A DNA stretch of 47,656 bases from Deltaproteobacteria bacterium (GCA_016935365.1 JAFGRB010000160.1:1-47656); one strand, 5' to 3'; shown: positions 37,337-47,656, counted from the first letter of the stretch. A program made the numbers and translations. The notes: generated by a model from the letters alone, not told the origin.

Positions 37337-38467
37337 TCACTTCCGCTCCCAGCGCTCGAAGACCCGCCGGGCCTCGGCCTCGCTGAGCCCGCTGATCTCC
37401 ATCGGCAGGACCGCGAGCGCGAAGAGCTCGCCGCTCGCCGGATCGCGCCAGGTCGCGATCACCTCGACTCCCTTGCGGTGCACCCGGTCGGTGGAGCAGG
37501 CCTCGGTCACGACCAGGCAGATCATCTCGACGATCCGGAGCATGGCTCTCCGGCCCGCTTCCCGGGCTGCGTCCGGGCCCTTCGCCTTCCCGACCGCCAG
37601 CAGGACCCTCCGCTCTCGCACCCGGCCCGCACCCGAGCCCGCGTCCACCCAGGCGGGCCTGCCGGGGGATCCCGCCGACTCGGCCTCCAACTCGAGGATC
37701 GGACCCTCGCCGGGCCCGGCGGCCGGCTCGCCGGGCAGGCCGCTGGCTCCAGGCTGCTCATCCGGTATGGCTTTCGGCTCCGGACCGGGCGCGGCGGGGA
37801 CCGCGGGCTTGGCCGGCGGCTCGGCGCCCGAGGCGGCCAGCTCCGGGGCCCAGCCTCCGGACGGCCAGTCGCTCGTCACGACGACCGACGCGCCGGTCAT
37901 GGGCGCCTGCCGCTCGAAGAAGTTGCAGCACTCCTCCCTGTCCACCCGAGGGGGCATCCAGCTCCTGGGCAGGCCCTGTGGAAAGCGGGCGAACTGGAGG
38001 AGCTTGTCGAAGTCCCTGGGCCTGAACTCCAGGTCGTTCAAGACCGCCGGCGTGATGGCGGACGCCAGGCCGCTGCCCAACCAGGTAGGCAAGCTGAGGA
38101 CCGCAAACCAGCCGTGGCTGATCGCCGAGATGCTCCCCAGGCCCGTCCAGAGCCCGAGCACGCCGCTGTAGGAGAAGAAGAACTCGACGCTGACCCACTG
38201 CAGCTCCGAGCGCTCGAAGCGCTGCAGGCAGCCGTCGGCCTCCAGCAGCCAGACGAAGTGCATATCCACGGCCATGAGTTCGCCGTTGATGTGCTTGGCG
38301 CTGTGCTTCAGCTCCACGCACACCTCGTGGCCGCGGACCGGCACGTCATCGACCTCCGCGCCCTCCCAGCGGCTACCGGCCGTGATCCGGCTGCGGTCCA
38401 GCCCCGGAACCGAGACGCAGCCCGGCAGCGCCAGCGCCAGCACCGCGACCGCTGACAGGGCCCTCAT
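37337..38467 (-). CDS. Hypothetical lipoprotein. It has a glycine-zipper-like hydrophobic segment, a Pro/Ala/Gly-rich linker, and a C-terminal domain of about 100 aa.
   Basis: The ATG at 38467 overlaps the stop of the upstream gene as ATGA. The lipobox is VAVLALALPGCVS. The N-terminal 113 aa shown in the ORF track belong to another frame and gene. Confidence 0.4.
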   Translation of the reverse strand: MRALSAVAVLALALPGCVSVPGLDRSRITAGSRWEGAEVDDVPVRGHEVCVELKHSAKHINGELMAVDMHFVWLLEADGCLQRFERSELQWVSVEFFFSYSGVLGLWTGLGSISAISHGWFAVLSLPTWLGSGLASAITPAVLNDLEFRPRDFDKLLQFARFPQGLPRSWMPPRVDREECCNFFERQAPMTGASVVVTSDWPSGGWAPELAASGAEPPAKPAVPAAPGPEPKAIPDEQPGASGLPGEPAAGPGEGPILELEAESAGSPGRPAWVDAGSGAGRVRERRVLLAVGKAKGPDAAREAGRRAMLRIVEMICLVVTEACSTDRVHRKGVEVIATWRDPASGELFALAVLPMEISGLSEAEARRVFERWERK

Positions 38468-40032
38468 CTCACGCCCTCCCGGCCCAGACGGCTCTGCCAG
38501 AAGACCCGCTCCATGCTCGGCTCGAGCCGCTTGTAGGCCGGCGCCAGCTCCTTGAGCATGCGCTCCGGTTCGAGCAGCAAGTCGGCCAGCTTCTCGGGGT
38601 TCTTCTCGGGGAGCCACTGATCCCGGATCCACTCGTAGTAGAAGCCCCGGGCCTGCAGGAACGGCTCCCAGCTCCCGGGCGGCAGCTCGAAGATCAGCCA
38701 GTAAGCGTCCTGGGGGTAGGTGAAGAGGTAGGCGTCCGGATCGAGAATCGCCGCCAGGGCCTCCGCGTCGACATGACCGTCCTTCTGCCCCCGGACCACG
38801 CGGCTGGGCGGGATCGCCACCGGCTCGACCGGCTCGCCGATCCCGGCCAGGGCCAGCCAGTCGATCTTCCAGTTGCCCTTGCACAGGTTGAGCCGCAGCC
38901 TGACCGGCCCTTCGGGCAGGTCGTCGGGCAGGCGGACGATCTGCAGCTCGCGGGCGATGGGGCCCACCTCGTCGAAGGCCCCGGCGCGCACCCAGCCCGC
39001 GCGGCTTCGCACCTCCACCTCCACGTCGCCGAGCAGGCGTCCGGGTCCGGCAACGAGATCCAGGGCTTCCTTCCCCTTGCGCTCGAGCTTGACCATGTAC
39101 TCGCCGGCGTCGATCCCCATGTAGGCCAGCGCCTGGTAGAACAGGAAGGTGTTGAGCAGGCTGTTGCGCCCGCCGATGACCAGGCCCAGGCTTCCCTCGG
39201 GCCGCTTCTCGAACTCGAGCTCGATCCGCTCCCGGGCCGCCAGGTCGCGCCCGTCGGCAGCCGAGATGTACTCCGTCCGATCGAAGGCGCGGACCGGCTC
39301 CAGGCAATCGCCCGCCTCCCCCCGGCACTTGCTCGGCTCCGTGAGGCTCCTGGCCGGGTAGAAGGCGTCGCGGGCGTGGAAGACCCGCCCGCCCTCGGGC
39401 CGGGGCGCGACGAGCAGGCGCAGCTCTCTGACCGCGTGGGTCTCGAGGGCGTCGTTGGTCATCAGCAGCTCGATCCGGCCCTGCTCGACCCGGGTCGTGG
39501 CCAGGGCGTCGATGTCGCTGCTCTCGAGCGCCCGGGCCACGCTGGCCGAGAAGGCCTCGGCCTGCAGGTGGAGCTCCTGCCCTTCGCGGGCGTAGAAAGT
39601 GGGGCAGGAGCCGAAGCAGGCCTTCGGGTTGGCGAGGCACACGGCGGTCAGGGCCACCGAGGCGCCGGTCACGATGCCCATGACCACCATGCCGGCGTGC
39701 GCCATGCGCCGCGGCTCGTTCGTCTCCACCAGGGCCACCTTGTCGAAGGGGATCTCGAAGCGCCCGTCCCGGACCCGGTCCCGATCCGCGTCGTAGAGCA
39801 CGCCCTGTCCCTGGATGCGCCGCGCCTCGCGGTCCAGCTCCCAGGCCGAGAGCACGTAGACCCACCCGTCCCAGGTATGGCACTTGAGAAAGGGATCGTC
39901 CGTCTCGATCCGGGTGTAGTCATCGAGCTGCATGAAGCGCGCCCGCCATACCGTGATGCAGGCTGCGCTGCACACCGCCAGCACCAGCACCACGGCGATC
40001 CGCTCGATCCGTCCGCGACCTCTACTCCGCAT
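38464..40032 (-). CDS. Hypothetical lipoprotein of about 522 aa.
   Basis: I chose the ATG at 40032, with GGAGGA 10 nt upstream. It gives MRSRGRGRIERIAVVLVLAVCSAAC, a signal peptide plus lipobox. The GTG at 40065 has no SD. The gene overlaps the end of the upstream MYXO-CTERM gene by 11 nt. Confidence 0.4.
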   Translation of the reverse strand: MRSRGRGRIERIAVVLVLAVCSAACITVWRARFMQLDDYTRIETDDPFLKCHTWDGWVYVLSAWELDREARRIQGQGVLYDADRDRVRDGRFEIPFDKVALVETNEPRRMAHAGMVVMGIVTGASVALTAVCLANPKACFGSCPTFYAREGQELHLQAEAFSASVARALESSDIDALATTRVEQGRIELLMTNDALETHAVRELRLLVAPRPEGGRVFHARDAFYPARSLTEPSKCRGEAGDCLEPVRAFDRTEYISAADGRDLAARERIELEFEKRPEGSLGLVIGGRNSLLNTFLFYQALAYMGIDAGEYMVKLERKGKEALDLVAGPGRLLGDVEVEVRSRAGWVRAGAFDEVGPIARELQIVRLPDDLPEGPVRLRLNLCKGNWKIDWLALAGIGEPVEPVAIPPSRVVRGQKDGHVDAEALAAILDPDAYLFTYPQDAYWLIFELPPGSWEPFLQARGFYYEWIRDQWLPEKNPEKLADLLLEPERMLKELAPAYKRLEPSMERVFWQSRLGREGVR

Positions 40033-43000
40033 GGCTCCGTATCCTCCAGCGTTCGATCTCGCCACCGCGACGCCTGCACCTGCAGAGCCCGATCGACGAG
40101 CCTACCAGCAGCAGGAGAAGGCCGCCGGCTGCCGGATGGCTCCCGCAGCTGCAACCCGGCTCTCCGGCAGGCCCTGGGCCGTCGCCCGAATCCGCTCCCG
40201 CGTCCGATCCGCCATCCCGGCCCCCGTCCGGCCCCGCGTCTTCTCCCGCGTCCGGGCCCCCGTCGCTGTCCGGCCGACAGACGTGATCGACACAGCGTTC
40301 TGCCTCGCAGTCAGCATCATCGCAGCAATCGCCCGTGTAGACGACTCCATCACAGCATACCTGGCCCGGCCCAATGGGACAATCGTCCGGGCAATTCGAG
40401 CAGTTCTCGCCCAGCTGCCCCTCGCAGCGCCCGTCTCCGCAGCAGGGCGGGTCCGGACACTCCGGCTCCAGCCTCAACAGGTAGACCTGATCGGCCACCA
40501 GGCCGGCCAGGACGGGGTGCCCATCGAGGTCATAGCCCAGCGGCAGGGGGCTCCCGAGCGGGATGCCCTGATCGTCGGCGCGAAGGAGCGAGAGGTTCTC
40601 CGGGTACGCGGCCAGCTCCGCTTCCCAGTCGACCGGGAGATCACCCCAGGTGACGTCGGCGCTCTGTCCGCCCTCGGCCTCTCTCACGGTGATCAGAGCC
40701 CGCCAGTGATCGATGAAACGCAGGTTGACGTCTGCGCGCACCGAGCTCGCGAGCAGCAGGATCCCGTCCAGCTCTGCGCGGATGAGGTGCAGGGCGTGCA
40801 GATCGTCTCCGTCCGGGCGGGGGACGACCGCCACGGCGCCATCGGTGACGAACGCCCCGATGGATCGGAGGACACCGTCCCGGCTCCGGGCGAAGCGATA
40901 CTCTGGCGCGGCCACTCGATCCACGACGTCTCCGGCCGATCCCGCCGGGCGCGCGGAGCTGGCCTCGAAGCCCGAGGGATCAAAAGCGAAGAAGCCCGAG
41001 GGCGGCAGCACCCTCACGCCGCCCGGGACGTCCACGGGCCAGTCGTGACTCTGCCCATCGTCCCAGCTCAGCTCCAGGAGAAAGGAAGTGGAGTCGCACC
41101 AGTTGTGGGCCTTCTCCTCGATCCGCATGGCCAGCACGTCGCCCGCACCCGCCTGGATGTCGAGCTCGATGTCTCCGCAAGGCGAGGCCACGTCGCCGGG
41201 CAGGTCGCAGGACCACAGCTCTGCGCCGTTCAGGAGGAGACGGGCGATCACGCCGTCCCCGCATCCCAGGTCGAGATCCTCGACGCTTCCCCGGACGGCG
41301 AGCCCGGCGCTCGCCGGCACGCTGAAGGAGCGGACGATGGCGCCGCCCTCGGGATGGCAGACAGCCCGGTCGATGAAGCTGTACGTGCCCGCCCCTTGCC
41401 AGCGCTGCAGGACCGGGTCCCAGGTCAGCTCCTCGAGCCCCGAGCCCGAGTCCTCGTCGTAGCGCCAGCCCCCGAGCCCCTGCTCGTGCGAGAAGTCCCC
41501 GTGGCTGCTCGCCCGGCCGGTCGAGGAGTCGCGGTTGACGTAGACGACCAGCCCGCTGTCGTAGCGGATCCGCACACGCGCCCGGCTGAGGTCGAGCCGG
41601 TTGCGCAGCGCTGTCTCGAGATCCAACCAGCCGGCCTGGTCGGAGTAGGCCACGTCGAGGAGGCCTGCCTCTGCGTAGCGGCTCTGCAGCGCCTGCATGA
41701 GCCAGTACTCCGGCGCGTGCAGGTGCATCCAGCTCCGCACCCCGGAGATGGAGTCCCCCAGGAATCCCGCGTGACCGAAGGCGATCTCGGAGGCGCGGTA
41801 CTGGTCGAGATCGACCTCGCTCAGGTCGGGGGTCTTCTGGCCCGAGCCGACGAAGTACCGGCTGTAGTAGCCCAGGCCGTGGTTGAGCATGCGCGGCCGG
41901 ACGACCCCGAGCTCGTAGTCGGGGGCCACCCGGGCGCGCATGCGGCCCTCGGTCTGGCGCTCGACCGCGTCCACGTAGCCGGCGAAGTAGCTGTCGTAGC
42001 GGCCCGAGCCCTCGCCGCCTTCGCCGAAGAGGGGCCCGGCATAGATCGCCTTCACGGACTCGAAGTGCTCCACGGTGGCGGCGTAGGCGTCGGCCAGGGT
42101 CGGGACCGCGTTGTCCGCCGCATCGTGGTCGATGGCCCGGCCGGGCGACCAGCCCGTGGTCACGTCCAGGTAGGCGGCGTTGGGGCCGTAGTCGGCGGCG
42201 ATGGACGGGCTCTCCATGTCCGCGAAGCCCTGCATCCGGGAGGCCTTGATCACGAAGGCCTGCTGCTGCGTGCCCTCGTGGTACCAGCCCAGCTTGCGAT
42301 TGCCGTATCGGTCCAGGGCGATGGCGGTCGGATCCCAGAGCGGGCTGGGGTAGTCCGGCGCATTGTCGGGATACAGGTCGGTGTAGTTCTCGTGAAGCGC
42401 GATCCGCATGCCGGCCGATACGGCCTCGGAGACGAAGGCGGCCATCTGCGGGCCGGTCCCCCAGTCCGGATTCGCAGGGTGGTGATCGGGAAGCCCCCGG
42501 TCGTAACCCCAGCGCTGCCAGACGTGGAAGATGATGGCCAGCCGGGCCAGGCCGTACTCGAGGTAGCGCCGCACCATGTTGGCGGCGTCCAGGTAGACGG
42601 TCTTGCCCGCGCCCGGGTGGCCGCCCCCCGGCCAGAGCCGGGAGAAGGATCCCGTCCCGTGCCACTGGCCGCTCTCCTCGTCGAAGGTCATGGGCGTGTC
42701 GGCCTCGCCCACGAACTCCAGGTAGGAGAAGCTCCGCTGGCCCTGGGTCGACGAGAAGTCGCTCTGGGTATCGAAGAGGTCCGCCGGGGTGTCGATGGTC
42801 GCCCGCAGCCGCGTGCCGTCGCAGTTGTTGTTCCCGGCCCGATCGATCTCGAAGCGGAGCCTGTCGCCGGGGACCAGGTCCAGATCGGCCTGGAAGGCGC
42901 CCTCTTCGGTCTGGCCGTTGGCCACGGGCAAGCGGGCCAGAGATGCGCCGTTGAATCGGACGATGATCGCCACCCCGTCGCCGCAGCTGGGGTCCAGATC

Positions 43001-43957
43001 CGCGTAGCGGACGGTGAGCCGGGCCGGACCGGCTTCCGGAGACTCCCAGGAGTACGCCACGCCCTCCGCCACCCCGAACGATCGGTGCAGGCCCCAGACA
43101 TCCATGACCACGAGCGGGGAAAGCAGAGAGCGGTAAGGCGATCCGGCTCCGGTCACGCGCGGGAGCACGTCGGCCAGATCCCCGCTCAGGGTGACATACG
43201 CGGTCTCCGCCAGCGGCTGGCCGACGCCGGCCGTGTCCGGCTCTGCCAGGCTCCGGCCGTGGGCGTAGACATCCCCATCCGGGAGCGTCCCCAGCGTACC
43301 GCTTACCGAGATGGCGCTGCTCTGCGCAGGATCGATGTAGGCGCACAGGACCTCCCCGGAGGGCAGCAGGGCCACGGCCTCGGGCAGGTAGGGCACCTTC
43401 ACCACCCGGCTGCCGGGCAGTCCCTCGGCGTGGCCGAGAGAGACGCCCGCGTATCCATCGACCCCCCGGGTGGAGGCGGACTCGAAGCGGATCTCCAGAG
43501 ACAGGCCCGCCAGCGAGAGCCGGATGCGCTTCTCGAGCAGATGCGCCCCGGGCTGCTCGGTCCAGCGCAGGAGCACCGCGTCTCCCTCGATGCGGTGCTC
43601 CATGAGCCGGGCTCCCGCCGCCAGCGCGGCCTCCTCGGGCTCGAGAACGGCGTCGGCGGCGTCGCGGTACCGGGTGCCCGCCTGGGACACGATCACCATG
43701 TACGGACCCCGGTCGACGGAAGCCGTCACCCGCAGCATGCCCGCCTGGAGATCGGCGTCATCCAGATCGATGCGATAGCTCACGACGTGGGTCCCGGTCG
43801 CCGTCAGCGAGTACGTGTTCTGCGCGGCGTCGAACGACAGGTCTCGCTGAACAGCCCACTCGGCGCCGACGGGCCGGATCTCGGCTCGCAGCGCTGCCGA
43901 GACCGCGAGCCCCAGGACGACCACCCATGCGAATGCTGCGGTCTTCCACTCGGGCAT
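40022..43957 (-). CDS. Large secreted protein of about 1311 aa with a C-terminal Cys-rich module and a MYXO-CTERM sorting signal. The central region may be glycoside-hydrolase-like.
   Basis: The ATG at 43957 has GGAGAG 6 nt upstream. The signal peptide is MPEWKTAAFAWVVVLGLAVSAALRA. The C-terminus reads GCSCGSHPAAGGLLLLLVGSSIGLCRCRRRG. Upstream lies a Cys-rich stretch (CCGDGRCEGQLGENCSNCPDDCP...) and a Gly/Asp/Ala-rich linker. Confidence 0.55.
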   Translation of the reverse strand: MPEWKTAAFAWVVVLGLAVSAALRAEIRPVGAEWAVQRDLSFDAAQNTYSLTATGTHVVSYRIDLDDADLQAGMLRVTASVDRGPYMVIVSQAGTRYRDAADAVLEPEEAALAAGARLMEHRIEGDAVLLRWTEQPGAHLLEKRIRLSLAGLSLEIRFESASTRGVDGYAGVSLGHAEGLPGSRVVKVPYLPEAVALLPSGEVLCAYIDPAQSSAISVSGTLGTLPDGDVYAHGRSLAEPDTAGVGQPLAETAYVTLSGDLADVLPRVTGAGSPYRSLLSPLVVMDVWGLHRSFGVAEGVAYSWESPEAGPARLTVRYADLDPSCGDGVAIIVRFNGASLARLPVANGQTEEGAFQADLDLVPGDRLRFEIDRAGNNNCDGTRLRATIDTPADLFDTQSDFSSTQGQRSFSYLEFVGEADTPMTFDEESGQWHGTGSFSRLWPGGGHPGAGKTVYLDAANMVRRYLEYGLARLAIIFHVWQRWGYDRGLPDHHPANPDWGTGPQMAAFVSEAVSAGMRIALHENYTDLYPDNAPDYPSPLWDPTAIALDRYGNRKLGWYHEGTQQQAFVIKASRMQGFADMESPSIAADYGPNAAYLDVTTGWSPGRAIDHDAADNAVPTLADAYAATVEHFESVKAIYAGPLFGEGGEGSGRYDSYFAGYVDAVERQTEGRMRARVAPDYELGVVRPRMLNHGLGYYSRYFVGSGQKTPDLSEVDLDQYRASEIAFGHAGFLGDSISGVRSWMHLHAPEYWLMQALQSRYAEAGLLDVAYSDQAGWLDLETALRNRLDLSRARVRIRYDSGLVVYVNRDSSTGRASSHGDFSHEQGLGGWRYDEDSGSGLEELTWDPVLQRWQGAGTYSFIDRAVCHPEGGAIVRSFSVPASAGLAVRGSVEDLDLGCGDGVIARLLLNGAELWSCDLPGDVASPCGDIELDIQAGAGDVLAMRIEEKAHNWCDSTSFLLELSWDDGQSHDWPVDVPGGVRVLPPSGFFAFDPSGFEASSARPAGSAGDVVDRVAAPEYRFARSRDGVLRSIGAFVTDGAVAVVPRPDGDDLHALHLIRAELDGILLLASSVRADVNLRFIDHWRALITVREAEGGQSADVTWGDLPVDWEAELAAYPENLSLLRADDQGIPLGSPLPLGYDLDGHPVLAGLVADQVYLLRLEPECPDPPCCGDGRCEGQLGENCSNCPDDCPIGPGQVCCDGVVYTGDCCDDADCEAERCVDHVCRPDSDGGPDAGEDAGPDGGRDGGSDAGADSGDGPGPAGEPGCSCGSHPAAGGLLLLLVGSSIGLCRCRRRGGEIERWRIRSHAE

Positions 43958-44086
43958 GCTCACCTCTCCGGGTTCTGCCGTATCATATCGGATCGCGGCG
44001 GAAGCAGGAAAGCGGGATCGCCCATCTTCGCTTGCCGCCCGCGCTTGCCTGGGCTACGCTCGGCTCGGCCGAATCGGAGCGGTGGC

Positions 44087-45364
44087 ATGTCGATGTCCTG
44101 CTGGTGGCTTCTCGGCCTCGGTCTGTTCTGTGCGCCCTTCGCGTGGAACGCCGTGCGCCCCGCGTTCCGGCCAGCCTGGCGGGCCGGCCTGAGCTTCTTC
44201 GCCGGCTGGCTGACCGCCGAGCTGCCCTTTCATCACCTGGCCTGGCAGCTCGCCCTGGCCGGCGTGTGGATCGGTACGGGCGCGCTGGCGGAGCCGCCGG
44301 GCTGGGTGGGCCTCGGGCTGCTTCTGGCCAACTGGGCCGTGCTGGTCTTTCACCTGCTGCGGGGCCTGCAGAGCCGGCGGGCGCTGGATGCAGCCCTCTC
44401 AGAACAGCTCGGCCTGGCGCCGGACCCGAACGAGGCGGGGCCGCCCTGGTGCCGGCTGCTTCTGCCCTGGCCCATCCGGCCGCGCGGGGTAGAGCGCATC
44501 GAGCGCATCGCCTACCGGCAGGTCGACGGCCGGGAGCTGCACCTCGACCTGTACCGGGCGCGAGGCGGCGAGCAGAGAGCCCGGCCGGTCTTCCTGTACC
44601 TCCACGGCGGCGGCTGGATCGTGGGCAACAGGCGCCAGCAGGGCCTGCCCCTGCTGCACTTTCTGGCCGAGCGGGGATGGCTCACCGCATCGGCCGACTA
44701 CCGCCTCGCCCCTCGGGCGACCTGGCCGGCCATGATCGCCGACGCCAAGCACGCCCTGGCCTGGGTGCGCGAGCACGGGCAGCGCTACGGCGCCGATCCG
44801 ACCTTCGTGGCGGTCGGCGGCGGCAGCGCGGGCGGTCAACTGGCGAGCCTGCTGGCCCTGACAGCCGGGGACGACTTCGGCGCCGAGCCGGCCGAAGGCG
44901 ACGAGATCGGCGTCCAGGCCTGCGTGAACCTCTACGGGGTGAACGACCTGTGCGACGACGATCTCAGCCGGATCAACCCGGGCATGCGCCCGATGCTCGA
45001 GCGCTGGGTCTTCAAGTCGCGCCTGAACGCGAATCGCGCCCGCTTCGAGCGGGCCTCGCCCCTGCATCGCATCCAGGCCCAGGCGCCGCCTTTCCTGGTG
45101 ATCAATGGCAGCTCCGACACGATGGTGCCGCTGGCCGGCGCCCTGCGGTTCGCCCGGGCCCTGCGCGAAGTATCGGGCGCGCCGGTCGTGCTGGGCGTCG
45201 TGCGCGGAGCCCAGCACGCCTTCGACATCTTCCCCTCCCCTCGAGCCCTGGCGACGGTCCGCTGCGCATACCGTTTCCTGGAGCACGTGCGGGCCCGAGG
45301 AAAGGGCTGCCCGCCGCCAATGCTCCGGGACGAGAGCAGGAAACAGGCATCCGGGCAGCCCTGA
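44087..45364 (+). CDS. Membrane-anchored alpha/beta-hydrolase of the HSL-type esterase/lipase family.
   Basis: The ATG at 44087 has GGAG 7 nt upstream. The N-terminus has 3 TM helices. The HGGGW oxyanion motif and GGSAGG nucleophile elbow are present. In the ORF track this gene is embedded in a spurious 1810-aa ORF. Confidence 0.65.
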   Translation: MSMSCWWLLGLGLFCAPFAWNAVRPAFRPAWRAGLSFFAGWLTAELPFHHLAWQLALAGVWIGTGALAEPPGWVGLGLLLANWAVLVFHLLRGLQSRRALDAALSEQLGLAPDPNEAGPPWCRLLLPWPIRPRGVERIERIAYRQVDGRELHLDLYRARGGEQRARPVFLYLHGGGWIVGNRRQQGLPLLHFLAERGWLTASADYRLAPRATWPAMIADAKHALAWVREHGQRYGADPTFVAVGGGSAGGQLASLLALTAGDDFGAEPAEGDEIGVQACVNLYGVNDLCDDDLSRINPGMRPMLERWVFKSRLNANRARFERASPLHRIQAQAPPFLVINGSSDTMVPLAGALRFARALREVSGAPVVLGVVRGAQHAFDIFPSPRALATVRCAYRFLEHVRARGKGCPPPMLRDESRKQASGQP

Positions 45365-45622
45365 GCCCTTGCGATGCGACAGCCGCGACGATCATCCAAC
45401 GCAGCGTGTCTCTGCCAGCAAGAGGCATGCCGGTGCGGGCATCCGGGCTCAGCACGCCGATATCCAGAGCTCCGCCGATCCTCTCGAGCGTTCGGATCTG
45501 CACGGCCGTTCGGATCCGAGCACCCGAGCCGGCCTGGCGCCCGGGCCGCCCGGCCCGGCTTTCAATCCAGTGCCCAGGCGTGCTAGAGATCTTGTCATGA
45601 GCCCTTTCGCGGGGGTCGATGA

Positions 45623-47656
45623 ATGCGGATGAACATACGATGGATGGTGCTGGGAGGCCTCGCGATCCTGACGGCGGCCTGCGGCCGGGACGGTCCGGGC
45701 ACGGGCTGGCCGGAGCACGCCTGGACCTGCGATGGAGACGTCCGGGTCCACCGCGTGGCGGGTCGGGTCGTGGAGCGGGAGGACTGCGCTGCCCGGGGAG
45801 AGGTGTGCTGGCTGGGCGAGTGCGTGGCCTGCCGGCCGGGCGAGCGGTACTGCCAGGCGGGCGTGATGGTCACATGCCGCGCCGACGGCTCGGGCAGCGA
45901 CGAGACGATCTGCGAGTACGGCTGCGACGCGGACGGCCTGGCCTGCGTGACCGCGAGCGACGTCGACGGCGACGGAATCCCGGACTTCGTGCCCGGCGTG
46001 AGCTGGCCGCCCTGCGAGGACGGCCAGACCGCGGACTGCCTGGACAACTGCCCCCTGACCCCCAACCCGCTCCAGACCGACATCGACGGCGATGCGGCCG
46101 GCGACGCCTGCGACAACTGCCGCTCCCTGCCCAACCCCGATCAGGGAGACAGCGACGGCGACTCGATCGGCGACGCCTGCGACAACTGCCCGGCGGACGA
46201 GAACCCGAGCCAGATCGACGGTGACGGCGACGGGGCGGGCGACGCCTGCGACAACTGCCCGCGCGTGCCCAACCCGCTCCAGGCCGATCGGGACGCGGAC
46301 GGCGCCGGAGACCTGTGCGACAACTGCCCGGCCATGCCCAACCCCGACCAGAGAGACAGCGACGGCGATCGCCTCGGCGACGCCTGCGACAACTGCCCCT
46401 CCGTCTCCAACCCGGATCAGGCAGACAGCGACGGCGATCGGCTCGGCGACGCCTGCGACAACTGCCGGAGCGTCCCCAACCCGGGCCAGGCAGACGCGGA
46501 CGGCGACGGTCTCGGCGACGCCTGCGACAACTGTGCATTCGTGCCCAACCCGGACCAGAGAGATACGGACGGAGACGCCGCGGGCGATGCCTGCGACAAC
46601 TGCCGGCTCGTGCCCAACCCGGATCAGGCCGACGCGGACGCGGACGGCCTCGGAGACGCTTGCGACAACTGCAGGCTCGTACCCAACCCCGATCAGGCAG
46701 ACAGCGACGGCGATCAGCTCGGGGACGCCTGCGACAACTGCCAGCACGTGCCCAACCCGGACCAGAGAGACGCCGACCGCGACGGCGCCGGCGACCTGTG
46801 CGACAACTGCCCGAGCACGCCCAACCCGCTGCAGGCCAACTCCGACGCGGACAGCGCGGGCGACGCCTGCGACAACTGCCCGACCGTCCCCAACCCCGAC
46901 CAGACAGACAGCGACCGCGACGGCGCGGGCGACGCCTGCGACAACTGCCCGGGCGTGCCCAACCCCGGCCAGGCCGACAGCGACGAAGACGGCGCCGGCG
47001 ACGCTTGCGACAACTGCCCGGGCGTCTTCAATCCTTCGCAGACGGACTCCGACGGCGACGGCGCCGGCGACGCCTGCGATAACTGCGTCAGCGTACCCAA
47101 TCCCGACCAGCTCGATCGAGATCACGACGGCGACGGCGACGCCTGCGACATCTGCCCGCTGGATCCGGAGAACGACGCGGACGGGGACGGCGCCTGCGGA
47201 GACGTGGACAACTGCCCGGACGTCCCCAACCCGGACCAGGCCGACAGCGATCGCGACGGCGCGGGCGACGCCTGCGACAACTGCGCGAACGTGCCCAACC
47301 CCGACCAGGCCAACTCGGACAGCGACGCCCTGGGCGACGCCTGCGACAACTGCCCGTTCGTTTCCAACCCGGATCAGCGAGATCGCGATCACGACGGCGC
47401 GGGCGACGCCTGCGACAACTGCATCGCGGTCTCCAACCCCGACCAGGCCAACTCGGACAGCGACGCCTTCGGCGACGCCTGCGACAACTGCATCGCGGTC
47501 CCCAACCCCGACCAGGCCGACTCGGACAGCGACGCGCTCGGCGACGCCTGCGACAACTGCCCGTATGTCCACAACCCCGCGCAGGCGGATGCCGACGGCG
47601 ACAGCGCGGGCGACGCCTGCGACAACTGCATCGCGGTCCCCAACCCCGACCAGGCC
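45623..47656 (+). CDS. Lipoprotein with at least 20 tandem 23-aa thrombospondin type-3 (Ca-binding) repeats: (A/R)[22 protein letters not shown]. It is partial and continues past the window end.
   Basis: Manual translation gives [21 protein letters not shown] (lipobox), then a Cys-rich region, then 69-bp repeats. The frame stays open to 47656. The six-frame track shows only antisense ORFs and fragments here. Confidence 0.65.
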   Translation, partial: MRMNIRWMVLGGLAILTAACGRDGPGTGWPEHAWTCDGDVRVHRVAGRVVEREDCAARGEVCWLGECVACRPGERYCQAGVMVTCRADGSGSDETICEYGCDADGLACVTASDVDGDGIPDFVPGVSWPPCEDGQTADCLDNCPLTPNPLQTDIDGDAAGDACDNCRSLPNPDQGDSDGDSIGDACDNCPADENPSQIDGDGDGAGDACDNCPRVPNPLQADRDADGAGDLCDNCPAMPNPDQRDSDGDRLGDACDNCPSVSNPDQADSDGDRLGDACDNCRSVPNPGQADADGDGLGDACDNCAFVPNPDQRDTDGDAAGDACDNCRLVPNPDQADADADGLGDACDNCRLVPNPDQADSDGDQLGDACDNCQHVPNPDQRDADRDGAGDLCDNCPSTPNPLQANSDADSAGDACDNCPTVPNPDQTDSDRDGAGDACDNCPGVPNPGQADSDEDGAGDACDNCPGVFNPSQTDSDGDGAGDACDNCVSVPNPDQLDRDHDGDGDACDICPLDPENDADGDGACGDVDNCPDVPNPDQADSDRDGAGDACDNCANVPNPDQANSDSDALGDACDNCPFVSNPDQRDRDHDGAGDACDNCIAVSNPDQANSDSDAFGDACDNCIAVPNPDQADSDSDALGDACDNCPYVHNPAQADADGDSAGDACDNCIAVPNPDQA

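Noticed and set aside
39932-45364. An 1810-aa plus-strand ORF.
   Set aside because: Only its last 425 codons, from the ATG at 44087 with its SD, encode a coherent protein (TM helices plus HGGGW/GGSAGG esterase). The upstream 1385 codons are antisense to the MYXO-CTERM gene.

Overview
This 47.7-kb window is very GC-rich. Two encoded proteins end in MYXO-CTERM sorting tails (Cys-rich segment, hydrophobic stretch, RRRR), which points to a Myxococcota chromosome. I call 25 CDS and found no rRNA, tRNA, CRISPR array or obvious mobile-element genes.

Gene content, by strand block:
- Minus block, 369-24845. Tightly packed genes in this order: a lidless Hsp70 paralog, a J-domain/TPR cochaperone, an aldehyde:ferredoxin oxidoreductase (AOR)-family enzyme and a CvpA-like membrane protein. 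After these come eight genes for secreted proteins or lipoproteins: a DUF1566 protein, a small OB-fold-like protein, a gingipain-like (C25) cysteine peptidase, a lipoprotein with a MopE-like Asp-rich repeat array, a lipoprotein with four fibrinogen-related domains, a second MopE-motif lipoprotein, and two tandem RCC1-repeat lipoproteins.
- Plus block, 25013-34039: a PilZ protein, a YiiX-like permuted-papain membrane protein, a bacterial PH-domain protein, a GH38 alpha-mannosidase lipoprotein, a Cys-rich beta-propeller lipoprotein and a flotillin-like (SPFH/band-7) protein.
- Minus block, 34122-36781: threonine synthase translationally coupled (GTGA overlap) to an ApgM-family gene that is probably the non-orthologous homoserine kinase.
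- 36962-43957: a small plus-strand Cys-rich lipoprotein, then a coupled minus-strand operon of a 1311-aa MYXO-CTERM protein and two lipoproteins.
- Plus strand to the window edge: a membrane esterase, then a partial lipoprotein with thrombospondin type-3 repeats.

Non-coding features: a palindromic hairpin repeat family occurs at 1-300 and again at 34099-34151, where it supplies the last codons of the ApgM gene. A sigma70-like promoter with a 14-bp perfect palindrome over its -35 box sits upstream of the Hsp70 operon. Two further candidate promoters and one candidate terminator are listed.

Most of the long ORFs in the six-frame track that lie antisense to these genes are GC-driven artefacts.
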